DNA of 62,652 nt, counting the filler, from Candidatus Coatesbacteria bacterium (GTDB taxonomy: Bacteria; JAFGND01): NCBI GenBank assembly GCA_016927185.1. It is 5 parts of 5 records of this genome, joined end to end, with 100 filler letters (N's around TTAATTAATTAA, not from the genome) between each part and the next. Parts side by side here need not be neighbours in the genome. Positions count along the whole stretch, not along the records: positions 31,937 to 44,495 come from JAFGND010000014.1; positions 44,596 to 47,595 come from JAFGND010000082.1; positions 47,696 to 56,431 come from JAFGND010000083.1; 2 more parts are not named here. The stretch is one strand, 5' to 3'. The position numbers were made by a program, and so were the translations under genes. Positions 40,454-50,337 of this stretch are shown one piece after another. Position 1 is the first letter of the stretch. Each line of letters begins with the position of its first letter. The notes under the pieces were generated by a model. It searched no databases. It worked only from the letters and a program-made list of their open reading frames with translations, and was not told the origin of the DNA.

Positions 40454-42346
40454 ATGCACGAGATGATTTTCCTGCTTTTGCTTGCTCTTAATCCCTATGA
40501 TAAATTCTACTACAAGCCTGTCAAACCTCCCAATCCAGTAAAAGCACCATACAAGAAGATAAACATCCAGCATTACAAGATCAATCTGAATCTTGATTTC
40601 GCAGGAAAGCAGATTGATGGAAGCTGCGGAATAAAGCTGCTTCCTAATGGTTCTCCAATTGATACGGTTTATCTGGATTTAGTGAACCTGACCGCAGATA
40701 GTGTGAAGACTGAAGGAGGAACAAAGCTTTATTTCAGCCATGACGGAAGTATCCTTACAATAGGACTCGACAGGCTCTACAATCCAGCGGAACTTGTCAG
40801 CATTTACGTATATTATCATGGACATCCGACGGCAGGTGTGTATTTTTACGAGAATTCTGCTGATACCCATACTGAATCAGAGGATTCAAGATTCTGGTTC
40901 CCATGCAATGACATCCCTTCTGACAAGGCAGAACTTGGTGTGGAGCAGTATTACAGGACTCTGGAAAACATCAATCTGCAATCTAATGGCAAACTTGTTG
41001 AAAAGACTGTATCAGGAGGTTATGCATACTGGCATTACAAGTCTGATTATCCTATCGCCACATATCTTATTGCATTTTCTGCAGCAGATTTTGACAGCCT
41101 CATTCAGGAGCATAAGGGAATGCCTGTCACTCATTATTTCTATAAATCATCATCTTCTCAGAGAAAAGAGCAGCTTTCAACCTTTCCAGACATGATTACA
41201 CTATGCGAAACTTTTTATGGAACTTATCCTTTCAGGAATGAGAGGCTTGGATGCATGGAATTCATAACTGGTGGTGGAATGGAGCATCAGACAATGATAA
41301 GCATGAGTGACTGGGCATTCAGCGAGCAATGGGTGATTTTCCATGAGCTATCCCATCAGTGGTGGGGAGATATGGTTACATGCGGAACATGGTATGATAC
41401 ATGGCTTAATGAAAGCTGGGCAACCTACAGCGAAATGCTTTATTATCATTTCATGGATAATCAAGACTGGCTTGATGTAAGACATGATTATCTACTGAAT
41501 GCCTTGCGTATAGAAGACTGGAGTAAAAGCATGCTTGACTGCTTTGGTTGCGAAAGACTTGTTTATGGCAAGGGAGCTTTCATAATGGAAATGCTTCGTC
41601 TCAAGCTTGAGGAAAAAGACAGCATTTATCCTGAAAGCATATTCTTCAATTCATTACGCAGATACGGTTCTGAATATAAATATCTGAGTGCAGTAACAGA
41701 GGATTTCATACGTTCATGGGAGCAAAGCACCAATCAGAATCTCAGGAGTTTTCTTGTGCAATGGATAGGTGGAATTGGTCATCCAGTAATTGATTATGTC
41801 GTTTCTCCATATTCTACTGGAGTTGAGCTTAATCTTTCACAAGTACAGAGAAAATCTCATCCAAAGGCAAGCATTTTCGAATTTCCTCTTGAAATAAGAT
41901 TTAAAGACGCTTCCCATGACACTACCGTCGAAATAGATTTCACTAAGGAAACATATGAAGGCAAGATTGAGCTTGGTTTTCAGCCTGCGGAGTGGACATT
42001 CGATCCAGGGTACAAGTTACTTGCCGAGTATAAAAAAGGAACAGGTTTCAAGAACAGCTATGCAAGTTCATACAAACCAGTTCCTCTTGAAATAAAGCTA
42101 TATCCAAATCCTGCAAGGAATTACTTCCATCTTTCTACAAGAGGTAACGAGAGGAATTTGAAAGGTCGACTGGAGATTTATGATATTACAGGAAGAAAGC
42201 TGGAAAATATAGATATTTCCAGGCAGCTGAGTGAAAAATCAAAAGCAAGAATCAGCTTGCAAAATATTCCTCAAGGAATATATATTGTATCCATCAAACT
42301 TGAAGGCAGGAATGTGATAACCAAGCGAATTGCAGTAATCAAATGA
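40454..42346 (+). CDS. exported M1 aminopeptidase with T9SS-like CTD, copy 2
   Basis: HELSH-x18-E, GGMEH, YPNP...YDITGR. Confidence 0.9.
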   Translation: MHEMIFLLLLALNPYDKFYYKPVKPPNPVKAPYKKINIQHYKINLNLDFAGKQIDGSCGIKLLPNGSPIDTVYLDLVNLTADSVKTEGGTKLYFSHDGSILTIGLDRLYNPAELVSIYVYYHGHPTAGVYFYENSADTHTESEDSRFWFPCNDIPSDKAELGVEQYYRTLENINLQSNGKLVEKTVSGGYAYWHYKSDYPIATYLIAFSAADFDSLIQEHKGMPVTHYFYKSSSSQRKEQLSTFPDMITLCETFYGTYPFRNERLGCMEFITGGGMEHQTMISMSDWAFSEQWVIFHELSHQWWGDMVTCGTWYDTWLNESWATYSEMLYYHFMDNQDWLDVRHDYLLNALRIEDWSKSMLDCFGCERLVYGKGAFIMEMLRLKLEEKDSIYPESIFFNSLRRYGSEYKYLSAVTEDFIRSWEQSTNQNLRSFLVQWIGGIGHPVIDYVVSPYSTGVELNLSQVQRKSHPKASIFEFPLEIRFKDASHDTTVEIDFTKETYEGKIELGFQPAEWTFDPGYKLLAEYKKGTGFKNSYASSYKPVPLEIKLYPNPARNYFHLSTRGNERNLKGRLEIYDITGRKLENIDISRQLSEKSKARISLQNIPQGIYIVSIKLEGRNVITKRIAVIK

Positions 42347-42409
42347 AAAATTATGAAACTTTTTAACAATTATTGTGTCTAATATAGTAACCCAATACAA
42401 GGAGGTTTT

Positions 42410-44302
42410 ATGTTACATCTTCTCCTGATGGTTTTACTGGCATTAGGTCCCGATTACAAGGTGATAAGAAAGCCGGTAAATCCTCCAAACCCGATAAAGG
42501 CACCTTACAAGAAGATCAATGTCCAGCATTACAAGATCAATCTCAATCTGGATTTTACAAACAAAGAGATTGATGGTTATTGCGGCATCAAGCTTCTTCC
42601 AAATGGTGCACCAATTGATACGGTTTATCTTGATTTAGTCAGTTTATCTACTGACAGCGTAAAGACTGAAGGAGGAACAAAACTGTATTTCAGTCACGAG
42701 AATAGCATACTTACAATAGGACTGGATAAAACTTATACTCCAGCTGATCTTGTAAGCATAATAGTCTACTATCATGGAAAACCCAGGGCAGGATTATATT
42801 TTGAAGGAACTGATATATCATATACCATGACTGAACCTGAAGATTCAAGATACTGGTTCCCATGCAATGACATACCTTCTGACAAGGCAGAACTTGGTGT
42901 AGAGCAAATTTACAGAACACCCGATGCAGTAAACCTGCAGGCAACCGGGCTTCTTGTAGAAAAGTCATCCTCAGGAGGATATTCTGACTGGCATTACAAG
43001 TCTGATTATCCAGTATCCACTTATCTCATTGCATATTCAGCAGCCAGATTTGACAGCCTGATTCAACAGCATAATGGCATGCCTGTAACTCATTATTTCG
43101 ATGCAGACAAGGGAGCCCAGAGGAAGGAACAGCTTGCCCAGTTCCCTGACATGATAACTTTATGTGAGAGATTCTATGGAACCTATCCTTTCCGTGCTGA
43201 AAGAGTTGGAAGCATGGAATTCTTCATAGGAAGTTATTGCATGGAGCATCAGACAATGATAAGTTACAGCGACTGGGGCTACAGGGAACCTGATGTATTG
43301 TTTCATGAACTTGCACATCAATGGTGGGGTGACATGGTAACATGTGGAACCTGGTATGATACATGGCTCAATGAGGCATGGGCAGTTCATAGTGAATGGC
43401 TTTATTACGCATTCTTGCAGGGAGCTCCATGGGATACAATAAGACCTTATTATCTTGAGGCAGCATTTCATGTTGAACAATGGAACAAGAGCATACTGGA
43501 TTGTTTTGGATGCGAATCCATGATATATTATAAGGGTGCATTCATAATGGAAATGCTGAGACTGAAACTGGAGAATTCTGACAGCGTGAATGAAAACAGC
43601 AAATTTTATAATGCCCAGAGAAATTATGGAAGGGAATACAAGTATATTTCAGCCATAACCGAGGATTTCATATTGAGTTATGAGAAAAGTACAGGGGAAA
43701 GCTTGAGATCTTTCCTTATCCAGTGGCTTGGAGGTATCGGACATCCGATACTTGATTACACTTTCACTCCGATAGATACTGGAGTGAAAATGAAGCTGGA
43801 ACAGGTTCAGCGCAAGTCTCATCCAAAAGCAAGCATATTCGAATTCCCTCTTGAAATAAGATTCTGGGATGCAACCCATGATACTCTCATTGTAGTAAAC
43901 ATGAGAGGAGAAAGCTATTCAGCTTCAGTTGAACTTGGTTTCAAGCCTGAAAATTTCACGATTGATCCCAAATCCAAGCTTCTTGCAGAATACAAGGAAA
44001 GCACTGGATTTGAAACAAGTACAACAAAATTTTACAAGCCAACTCCTTTAAGCGTGATGGTTTACCCGAATCCTGTCAGGGATAATTGTCATGTCAGAAT
44101 AATGTCTCCAGAAAAGCTGACTGGCAAGCTAAGTGTTTATGACATAACAGGTCGCAAACACTATGAAACTGCATTGCCAAATCCCTATAAGACATCAACT
44201 TATATTAACATTCCAGCAACAAAGCTTGGTGCAGGTGTCTATTTCATAAAGATAGAATGTGCTAATCAGATCATCTCAAAGAAGATACTGGTAGTCAAGT
44301 AA
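42410..44302 (+). CDS. exported M1 aminopeptidase with T9SS-like CTD, copy 3
   Basis: HELAH-x18-E, YCMEH, YPNP...YDITGR. Confidence 0.9.
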   Translation: MLHLLLMVLLALGPDYKVIRKPVNPPNPIKAPYKKINVQHYKINLNLDFTNKEIDGYCGIKLLPNGAPIDTVYLDLVSLSTDSVKTEGGTKLYFSHENSILTIGLDKTYTPADLVSIIVYYHGKPRAGLYFEGTDISYTMTEPEDSRYWFPCNDIPSDKAELGVEQIYRTPDAVNLQATGLLVEKSSSGGYSDWHYKSDYPVSTYLIAYSAARFDSLIQQHNGMPVTHYFDADKGAQRKEQLAQFPDMITLCERFYGTYPFRAERVGSMEFFIGSYCMEHQTMISYSDWGYREPDVLFHELAHQWWGDMVTCGTWYDTWLNEAWAVHSEWLYYAFLQGAPWDTIRPYYLEAAFHVEQWNKSILDCFGCESMIYYKGAFIMEMLRLKLENSDSVNENSKFYNAQRNYGREYKYISAITEDFILSYEKSTGESLRSFLIQWLGGIGHPILDYTFTPIDTGVKMKLEQVQRKSHPKASIFEFPLEIRFWDATHDTLIVVNMRGESYSASVELGFKPENFTIDPKSKLLAEYKESTGFETSTTKFYKPTPLSVMVYPNPVRDNCHVRIMSPEKLTGKLSVYDITGRKHYETALPNPYKTSTYINIPATKLGAGVYFIKIECANQIISKKILVVK

Positions 44303-44310
44303 ATCAATAA

Positions 44311-44343
44311 ACGCTCTGGCACGTGTCAGAGCGTATTTTCTTT
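44311..44343 (+). terminator. intrinsic terminator
   Basis: ACGCTCTGGC-ACGT-GTCAGAGCGT stem followed by ATTTTCTTT. Confidence 0.75.
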
Positions 44344-44382
44344 CAGTTACAGAATATTCAGTAGCTAACTAAATATATCTTA

Positions 44383-44495
44383 GAAAATCCTTGACATTTA
44401 ATATTGTCAATTTTTATGTGAAATATATATAAAAGGGAAGACCATGATTATATTAAGGAGGCTAAAATGAGAAATCTTTTAATTATCATAATTCT
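44383..44495 (+). repeat. promoter/RBS/start cassette, copy 2, with truncated gene start (ATG 44467, MRNLLIIII)
   Basis: Ungapped match to 30661-30774; runs into the contig end. Confidence 0.9.
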
Positions 44496-44595
44496 NNNNN
44501 NNNNNNNNNNNNNNNNNNNNNNNNNNNNNNNNNNNNNNNTTAATTAATTAANNNNNNNNNNNNNNNNNNNNNNNNNNNNNNNNNNNNNNNNNNNN
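44496..44595. other. artificial contig linker
   Basis: N44-TTAATTAATTAA-N44. Confidence 0.98.
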
Positions 44596-44602
44596 AACAT
44601 TT

Positions 44603-44618
44603 GCAAAAGATTTAAATA
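44603..44618 (+). promoter_or_regulatory. archaeal-type BRE plus TATA box
   Basis: GCAAAAGA-TTTAAATA ending about 25 nt before an ATG that lacks an SD. Confidence 0.5.
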
Positions 44619-44642
44619 TAACTTATCATTACTAAAATCAAA

Positions 44643-45542
44643 ATGAAAAGAAAATTAGTAAAACAAGGAGCAGCAACTATGATGGTTAGTCTGCCTGCTA
44701 AATGGATAAAACAAAACAACCTAAAAAAAGGCTCAGAAATAGATATAGAAGAAAAAGAAACCGATTTATTGATTTCAGCAAAGCCAATTGAAATAAAAAA
44801 ACAAACAGAAATCAAATTAGCAAACTTAACAGAAACTTCTGTAAGAACATTAATCAATAACACCTATAGAAGCGGCTATGATAGGATCAAAGTTAGCTTT
44901 CAGACAGAAAACCAATTCAAAATTTTAGGAGAAGTAATAAAAACAAGATTAATTGGATTTGAAATAATAAAAAGAGAAAAAGATTCCTGCATTGTAGAAA
45001 ATGTAACAGAACCTTCTTCTGAAAAATTTGATACAATATTACAAAAAATGTTCTTTAGCATCTCAGAACTATTTGCTATAACAAAAGATAGATTAGAAAA
45101 TCCAAAAGAAGAATATAGTTATAAACAAGCAGAAGAAAGAATACAAAGATATGATAATTTCTGCAGAAGAATAATAATTAAACAGAAATTAACAAACATA
45201 AAAGCAGCATTTTTGTGGGGATTCTTAGCTCAAATAAGCTATGGCCAGAGGCAGTTATATCACTTAAATAATGTTCTAAAAAAAGGATTAATCATCTCAG
45301 ACAAAACAAAACAATTATTAGAAGATATTAAAAAGATGTTTGAGATAATAAAAAATGTATATATATCAAAAAACGTAGATGATCTTGGAGAAGTGCATAA
45401 GCTGAACAAAGAACTGATTAAAAAAACATATTCTTTGTTACAGCAAAAGCAGGGAAAAGAAAATATAATCCTGCATCATATAATGATGAGTATTAGATCA
45501 TTCTACCAATCAAACAGCCCTTTATCTGGGTTTATTATTTGA
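44643..45542 (+). CDS. archaeal-type AbrB/PhoU-like phosphate uptake regulator
   Basis: MKRKLVKQGAATMMVSLPAKW...LKKG AbrB domain, Y..GYD.I, G.EII, helical PhoU-like C-terminus. Confidence 0.75.
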   Translation: MKRKLVKQGAATMMVSLPAKWIKQNNLKKGSEIDIEEKETDLLISAKPIEIKKQTEIKLANLTETSVRTLINNTYRSGYDRIKVSFQTENQFKILGEVIKTRLIGFEIIKREKDSCIVENVTEPSSEKFDTILQKMFFSISELFAITKDRLENPKEEYSYKQAEERIQRYDNFCRRIIIKQKLTNIKAAFLWGFLAQISYGQRQLYHLNNVLKKGLIISDKTKQLLEDIKKMFEIIKNVYISKNVDDLGEVHKLNKELIKKTYSLLQQKQGKENIILHHIMMSIRSFYQSNSPLSGFII

Positions 45543-47595
45543 AAAATATTTTTTTCTATATTCTTCTATCTTATCTGAAAAATTCCTTCCAGGTATTGCA
45601 AGTTTCAATCTGTAAAAATTTTCTGTTACTTCCTCTCCTTTAAAAGGATATGCTGCAAAAAGTATAGGCTTTCCATCTTGTCTGGCCATTATTAGCAATG
45701 TTTTTTCAATAGAATCTGTAGAATCTGGCAGCTTTATTTGTTCACCAAAAGAAGAGGATTTACCAGTAAACATATTCTTGGTATTTCTTGACCAGCCTGT
45801 CTCAGGAACAGACAATTCATAAACTAATTTTTTATCTAAATCAGGTGGAGGATTCATTCCTGGTTGATAATGCAGTCTCATTTCAACTCTTTCTACATTA
45901 AAATATTGGGTGTCATATCCCCAGTCAAAAGACAGCGTACTAATGCATATTCTTTCATCTAAATCTCCTACTACAATAGGGATTGTTTTCATCGCCAAGC
46001 ATCTTCCAGTATGAATAAACTTAACATCACTTATAGCGTTTATATAACCTGGTATTCCTGGTTTTTCAGGAGCATAGACAACTACACAAAGTTTATAATT
46101 TCCATCAGGCATATCTTCTGGAATAGTCATTTTTATTTGAGGTATAGTGGGAGAATAGAATTCGTCATATCCATCTGTATTCACACTTAAAATACTTGTC
46201 TTAAACTCTTTTCCTTTCCATCCTTCAATATATACTTTTCCGCTGAATGTAGGAAAGCCTAATGAACAATCTCCTTTTGGTATTGCTTTAGGTTCTGGAC
46301 GAATTTCTATTTTTTGTCCTTGTTTAAAACTAAGGAAAGGAGGTTTACCATTATCTCCATAAACACAATTCCATGGTTCATCAGTCCATATTGCAAAATC
46401 AAGACTAATTAAATTATTGACTATCTCCTGATTTTCAGTCCATTTAACACTAACAGGATATTTTTTTGCTTCAGCTTTAGCTTGGTTTATCATTTCATTA
46501 TATCTGCTTTCAAGATGTATTCCACCAATCCCTAATGTCAATCCTAAAGCAGCAACTCCTGCACCGAATATTAATCCTCTTTTCTTAGTAATTATAAGAT
46601 GTTTCTTTCTTTCAAAATCACTAATCACTTCATCTATCGAAGAATATCTAACTTGCTCTCTTCTTTCAAAATATTTTCTTACCTTTTCTCCAACATTTTC
46701 TCTCAGATTTTCTGGCAATACTTTCCTTAACCATCTATTTTCAATCTTTTCTGGGACTAAACTTAAAGCATAATCAATTGATTCATGTTTTCTTGGTTCT
46801 TCTTTTGATGTCAGACATCTTCTTATAACACCTTTATATCCTTCAGCTTCTTCAGGAATTAGTTCTAAAGCTTCTTCTAAAGATTTTTCATGCTTTTTCC
46901 AATCAACTTTTTTGTATACTATCCTTTTTCCATCTTCTGTCTTTTCTATATATGTTTTATTTTCTTTCAATAAACTTCTTCCTTTAAAATCTACAGCAGT
47001 CCTTTTGTCAGGATCATATTCAAAAGGAAGCTTTCCAGTAAGAGCATAGACCATATTAACTCCAATTGAATAAAAATCAGAACTTATCCTAAATTCAGAT
47101 TCTTCTCCTATAAATACTCCCTGGCTTCTTGGATCTGTATAAGATTTGCTTCCAGCTGTTGCAAACAATTTCTTGCTTAAATTTTCTCTTTTGCATGCAT
47201 TTGCAAGATCAGTTAATCTTACTTCTCCTTTTTCATTTATAATGATATTATTTGCTTTAATATCTCTATGAACCCATCCTTGATCCATCAGATATTTCTC
47301 AGCTTCTAAAACTTGAGAAAATATATTTTCAAATTGTTTTAAAGACAAAGGCCCGTCTTCTTTGATAATCTCATCTAATGTTCTTCCTTCAAAGAATTTT
47401 TCAACAGAAATAAATATTCCTTCATCTAATTTATAATAATCACAAAGCTCTGCTATATGGTGCTTTTCAGGGTCCTTTAGTTGAGATAAAGCCTTTATAT
47501 CATGCTCAGTTGTATAGCCTCTTTCAGTATATCTAACAGCTCTTGGATTTGTTATATTAAGCAGATCAATCTTTGCTATTCTTTTTTCATCTCCA
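45522..47595 (-). CDS. membrane Ser/Thr protein kinase, 5' truncated
   Basis: Frame open to the contig end (RIAKID...EKFFEGRTL); HRDIKANN, TDLA, SDFYSIG; one TM then a large C-terminal domain. Confidence 0.8.
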
Positions 47596-47695
47596 NNNNN
47601 NNNNNNNNNNNNNNNNNNNNNNNNNNNNNNNNNNNNNNNTTAATTAATTAANNNNNNNNNNNNNNNNNNNNNNNNNNNNNNNNNNNNNNNNNNNN
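47596..47695. other. artificial contig linker
   Basis: N44-TTAATTAATTAA-N44. Confidence 0.98.
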
Positions 47696-47696
47696 G

Positions 47697-47789
47697 GGCA
47701 AGCACTCTCTTGATACAAGCAAATGGAAACAGGGAGTTTATATTGTTAAGTCAGGGAAAGAAATGAAGAGGATAGTGAAGGTCAGGTAA
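47697..47789 (+). CDS. 3' end of a gene with the shared short T9SS-like CTD
   Basis: GKHSLDTSKWKQGVYIVKSGKEMKRIVKVR*, matching the CTDs at 31937 (-) and 51606. Confidence 0.8.
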   Translation, partial: GKHSLDTSKWKQGVYIVKSGKEMKRIVKVR

Positions 47790-47889
47790 ATTCTCAGATA
47801 CTTTGATATAACGCTGATTTACCATAAGCCTTGAATTAGAAAAATCTTGACATAACAAGCGGTTATGACGACCTCGCAGGACGATATTT

Positions 47890-48654
47890 ATGGAAATCAA
47901 GCCCAGAACCGCTTCAGTAATGTTTACAGGTGGAGTTGACAGCACACTTGCTGCTGCCCTTCTGCTTGAGGAATACGACCAGGTCTACCTTGTTACGTAT
48001 GATTACGGAGCTGAGCTTTTCATGAAAAACTGCGAGAAAAGCCTGAACCAGCTTATTGAAGCGTATGGCAGAGAGAAAATCCATCATGAATATATAAAAG
48101 TGGAGAAATGGTGGAGAGATATTCAAATCAGGAATGCATCACAATTCAACCTCGTATGCATGAGCTGCAAGTTCATAATGCACACAAGAACTGTATGTTA
48201 TTGCCTGGAAAATGGCATATTCGCAAGTTCAGACGGCTCAATTCATGAACAGAGTCAGCATCCAGAGCAGATGGGAGAAGTCCTGAAAATAATGAAAAAC
48301 TATTACAAAAGCTATTTCATAGATTTCACGACACCTGCCTATACTTATACGAAATCTGCTGAGGATACGAAACTTGCAAGCATAGGAATAAACATGGGAA
48401 AACGTTTTTCAATCGGGGAAGCAAAAGGCAGCCACATTCACAGACAGCCAATGTGCCTGTTTGCATTCTTTGACGTTCTTTTCTCAGACAATCCTTTCTT
48501 TCCTCACAAGGAGGAAAAAGTCATTGAAATGTTGAACAGAAACCTTGATTATGGTCATAATCTTATAAAAGAATACTTCAAACAGAAGGAACTTGATATA
48601 CAGGAGATTGTAAGGGAAAGGGAGAAAGCCTATGGCATGCTGCGGAATGATTGA
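47890..48654 (+). CDS. PP-loop (QueC/ExsB-like) adenine nucleotide alpha hydrolase
   Basis: MFTGGVDST, CMSCK..MH, QPMC. Confidence 0.65.
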   Translation: MEIKPRTASVMFTGGVDSTLAAALLLEEYDQVYLVTYDYGAELFMKNCEKSLNQLIEAYGREKIHHEYIKVEKWWRDIQIRNASQFNLVCMSCKFIMHTRTVCYCLENGIFASSDGSIHEQSQHPEQMGEVLKIMKNYYKSYFIDFTTPAYTYTKSAEDTKLASIGINMGKRFSIGEAKGSHIHRQPMCLFAFFDVLFSDNPFFPHKEEKVIEMLNRNLDYGHNLIKEYFKQKELDIQEIVREREKAYGMLRND

Positions 48655-49009
48655 TGACAAGAGAAAGAGCATATTCAAGTTTTTGTTCCTGATAATGACT
48701 TTCGGCACAACAGGCTTTTTCAATCTCTTCATGATAAGCCTGCTCAAGCCAAAATGGTTCCCTCTTTTCTTCAAGGTCATCAAGTTCTTTGCAGGACTTC
48801 CTTTCAAACTGAACAGGGAGAAAATAGACATACTTCAGGATTTCTATATTATCAATCCTTCATATCGTTGCAAGGCATCAGCTTACTTCTTCTCTACGAA
48901 TCCCGCACTTGCAGGTTTCATTTACAAGTATTTCAATCTTCTTGTTGCAGTATCATTCCTGATAATTGCCTCAGGAATAGTTACAGGAGTTTATTTTATA
49001 GTCAAATAA
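48632..49009 (+). CDS. small membrane protein
   Basis: Two hydrophobic segments; overlaps the upstream stop; start 48632 or 48647. Confidence 0.55.
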   Translation: MACCGMIDDKRKSIFKFLFLIMTFGTTGFFNLFMISLLKPKWFPLFFKVIKFFAGLPFKLNREKIDILQDFYIINPSYRCKASAYFFSTNPALAGFIYKYFNLLVAVSFLIIASGIVTGVYFIVK

Positions 49010-49024
49010 AAGTCAGGAGTTTAG

Positions 49025-50221
49025 ATGTTCCCACAATCAGATTTCCCTGCTCTTTCTCAGAAATTCAAGAACAAACCGCCAATCTATCTTGATAATGCCT
49101 GCATGTCCCTCAAGCCGCAACAGGTAATAAACAAGGTTATTGAATATTACTCGCAATATCCCAGCTGCCATGGAAGAACAACTCATAAGTTCGGCTTGAG
49201 AACAACTGAGGAATTCGATGCAGCAAGAATAAAGGCAAAGAAATTCCTTAATGCAAAATCACCTGCAGAGATAATATTCACAAAGAATGCAACAGAAGCA
49301 TTAAACCTTGTATCCCAATCAATTACGCTCGAAGCGGAAGAATCCGTGATAACATCCGGGCTTGAACATAACTCTAACCTGTTGCCATGGCAGGAATTAG
49401 CAAAAAGAACAAAAGCCTATCACTTGATTTGGGAATGCGATGAAAAAGGCAATCTTGACTTGAATATTTTGTCGGATTTGCTTAAAAGACATAAAGTTAA
49501 GCTTGTTTCCTTGTTCCATAAATCAAATCTCACTGGAGCTGTTCTTCCAGTAAAGGAGATTTCAGAGCTGGTTCACAATGCAGGAGCATGGCTTGTTGTT
49601 GATGCTGCCCAGAGTGCATTGTCAGTGAATATTGATGTACAGGAAATGAACTGCGATTTTCTTGCACTTTCATCACATAAAATGCTTGGTCCTACAGGAG
49701 TTGGCTTGTTATACGGAAAGCTTAATTTCCTTGAAAGACTCCCGTCATTTCTTGTTGGCGGGGAAACTGTCATTGATACTGAATATCACAGCATGACGAA
49801 AGCCAATCTTCCTGACAGATTTGAGGCAGGTCTTCAGAATTATGCAGGTGTAATAGGTATGGGTGCTGCTATTGACTATATAGAGAAATATGGAAGGGAG
49901 AAGATAAACAGCTATATAAAGAACATTTCCAGAAAAGCTTTCGAGAAATTGTCAAAGATTGACAAGATTTCCCTGATTGGAGATCCTGAAGGAGGAATAC
50001 TCACTTTCAGCATAAGGGGAATGTCTTCACAGGAGGCAGCAAGGTTTCTTGATGAATCTGAGAATATAATGGTTCGTGCTGGCAAGATGTGTGTACATTC
50101 ATTCTTCAATCATTTCAAGCATCCTGAAATGCTGAGGATCAGTCTTGCTCCATACAACAATGAAGCTGAAATTAATATAGCTAATTCCGCAATAGAAAAG
50201 ATAGTTAAATTCTTTGTATGA
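49025..50221 (+). CDS. SufS-like cysteine desulfurase (class V aminotransferase)
   Basis: YLDNA, EHNSN, DAAQ, SSHKMLGPTG, FEAG, RAGKMC. Confidence 0.85.
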   Translation: MFPQSDFPALSQKFKNKPPIYLDNACMSLKPQQVINKVIEYYSQYPSCHGRTTHKFGLRTTEEFDAARIKAKKFLNAKSPAEIIFTKNATEALNLVSQSITLEAEESVITSGLEHNSNLLPWQELAKRTKAYHLIWECDEKGNLDLNILSDLLKRHKVKLVSLFHKSNLTGAVLPVKEISELVHNAGAWLVVDAAQSALSVNIDVQEMNCDFLALSSHKMLGPTGVGLLYGKLNFLERLPSFLVGGETVIDTEYHSMTKANLPDRFEAGLQNYAGVIGMGAAIDYIEKYGREKINSYIKNISRKAFEKLSKIDKISLIGDPEGGILTFSIRGMSSQEAARFLDESENIMVRAGKMCVHSFFNHFKHPEMLRISLAPYNNEAEINIANSAIEKIVKFFV

Positions 50222-50337
50222 ATAGCTGTTAAGAATTTTCTTGACAGATAAGCTAAAAAAACTCGTTTGTTTTAAGCTATATCATTATTATTTGCAATGA
50301 ATGTTTCCATAATAGCTGTTATGAGAAAGGAATTCTT

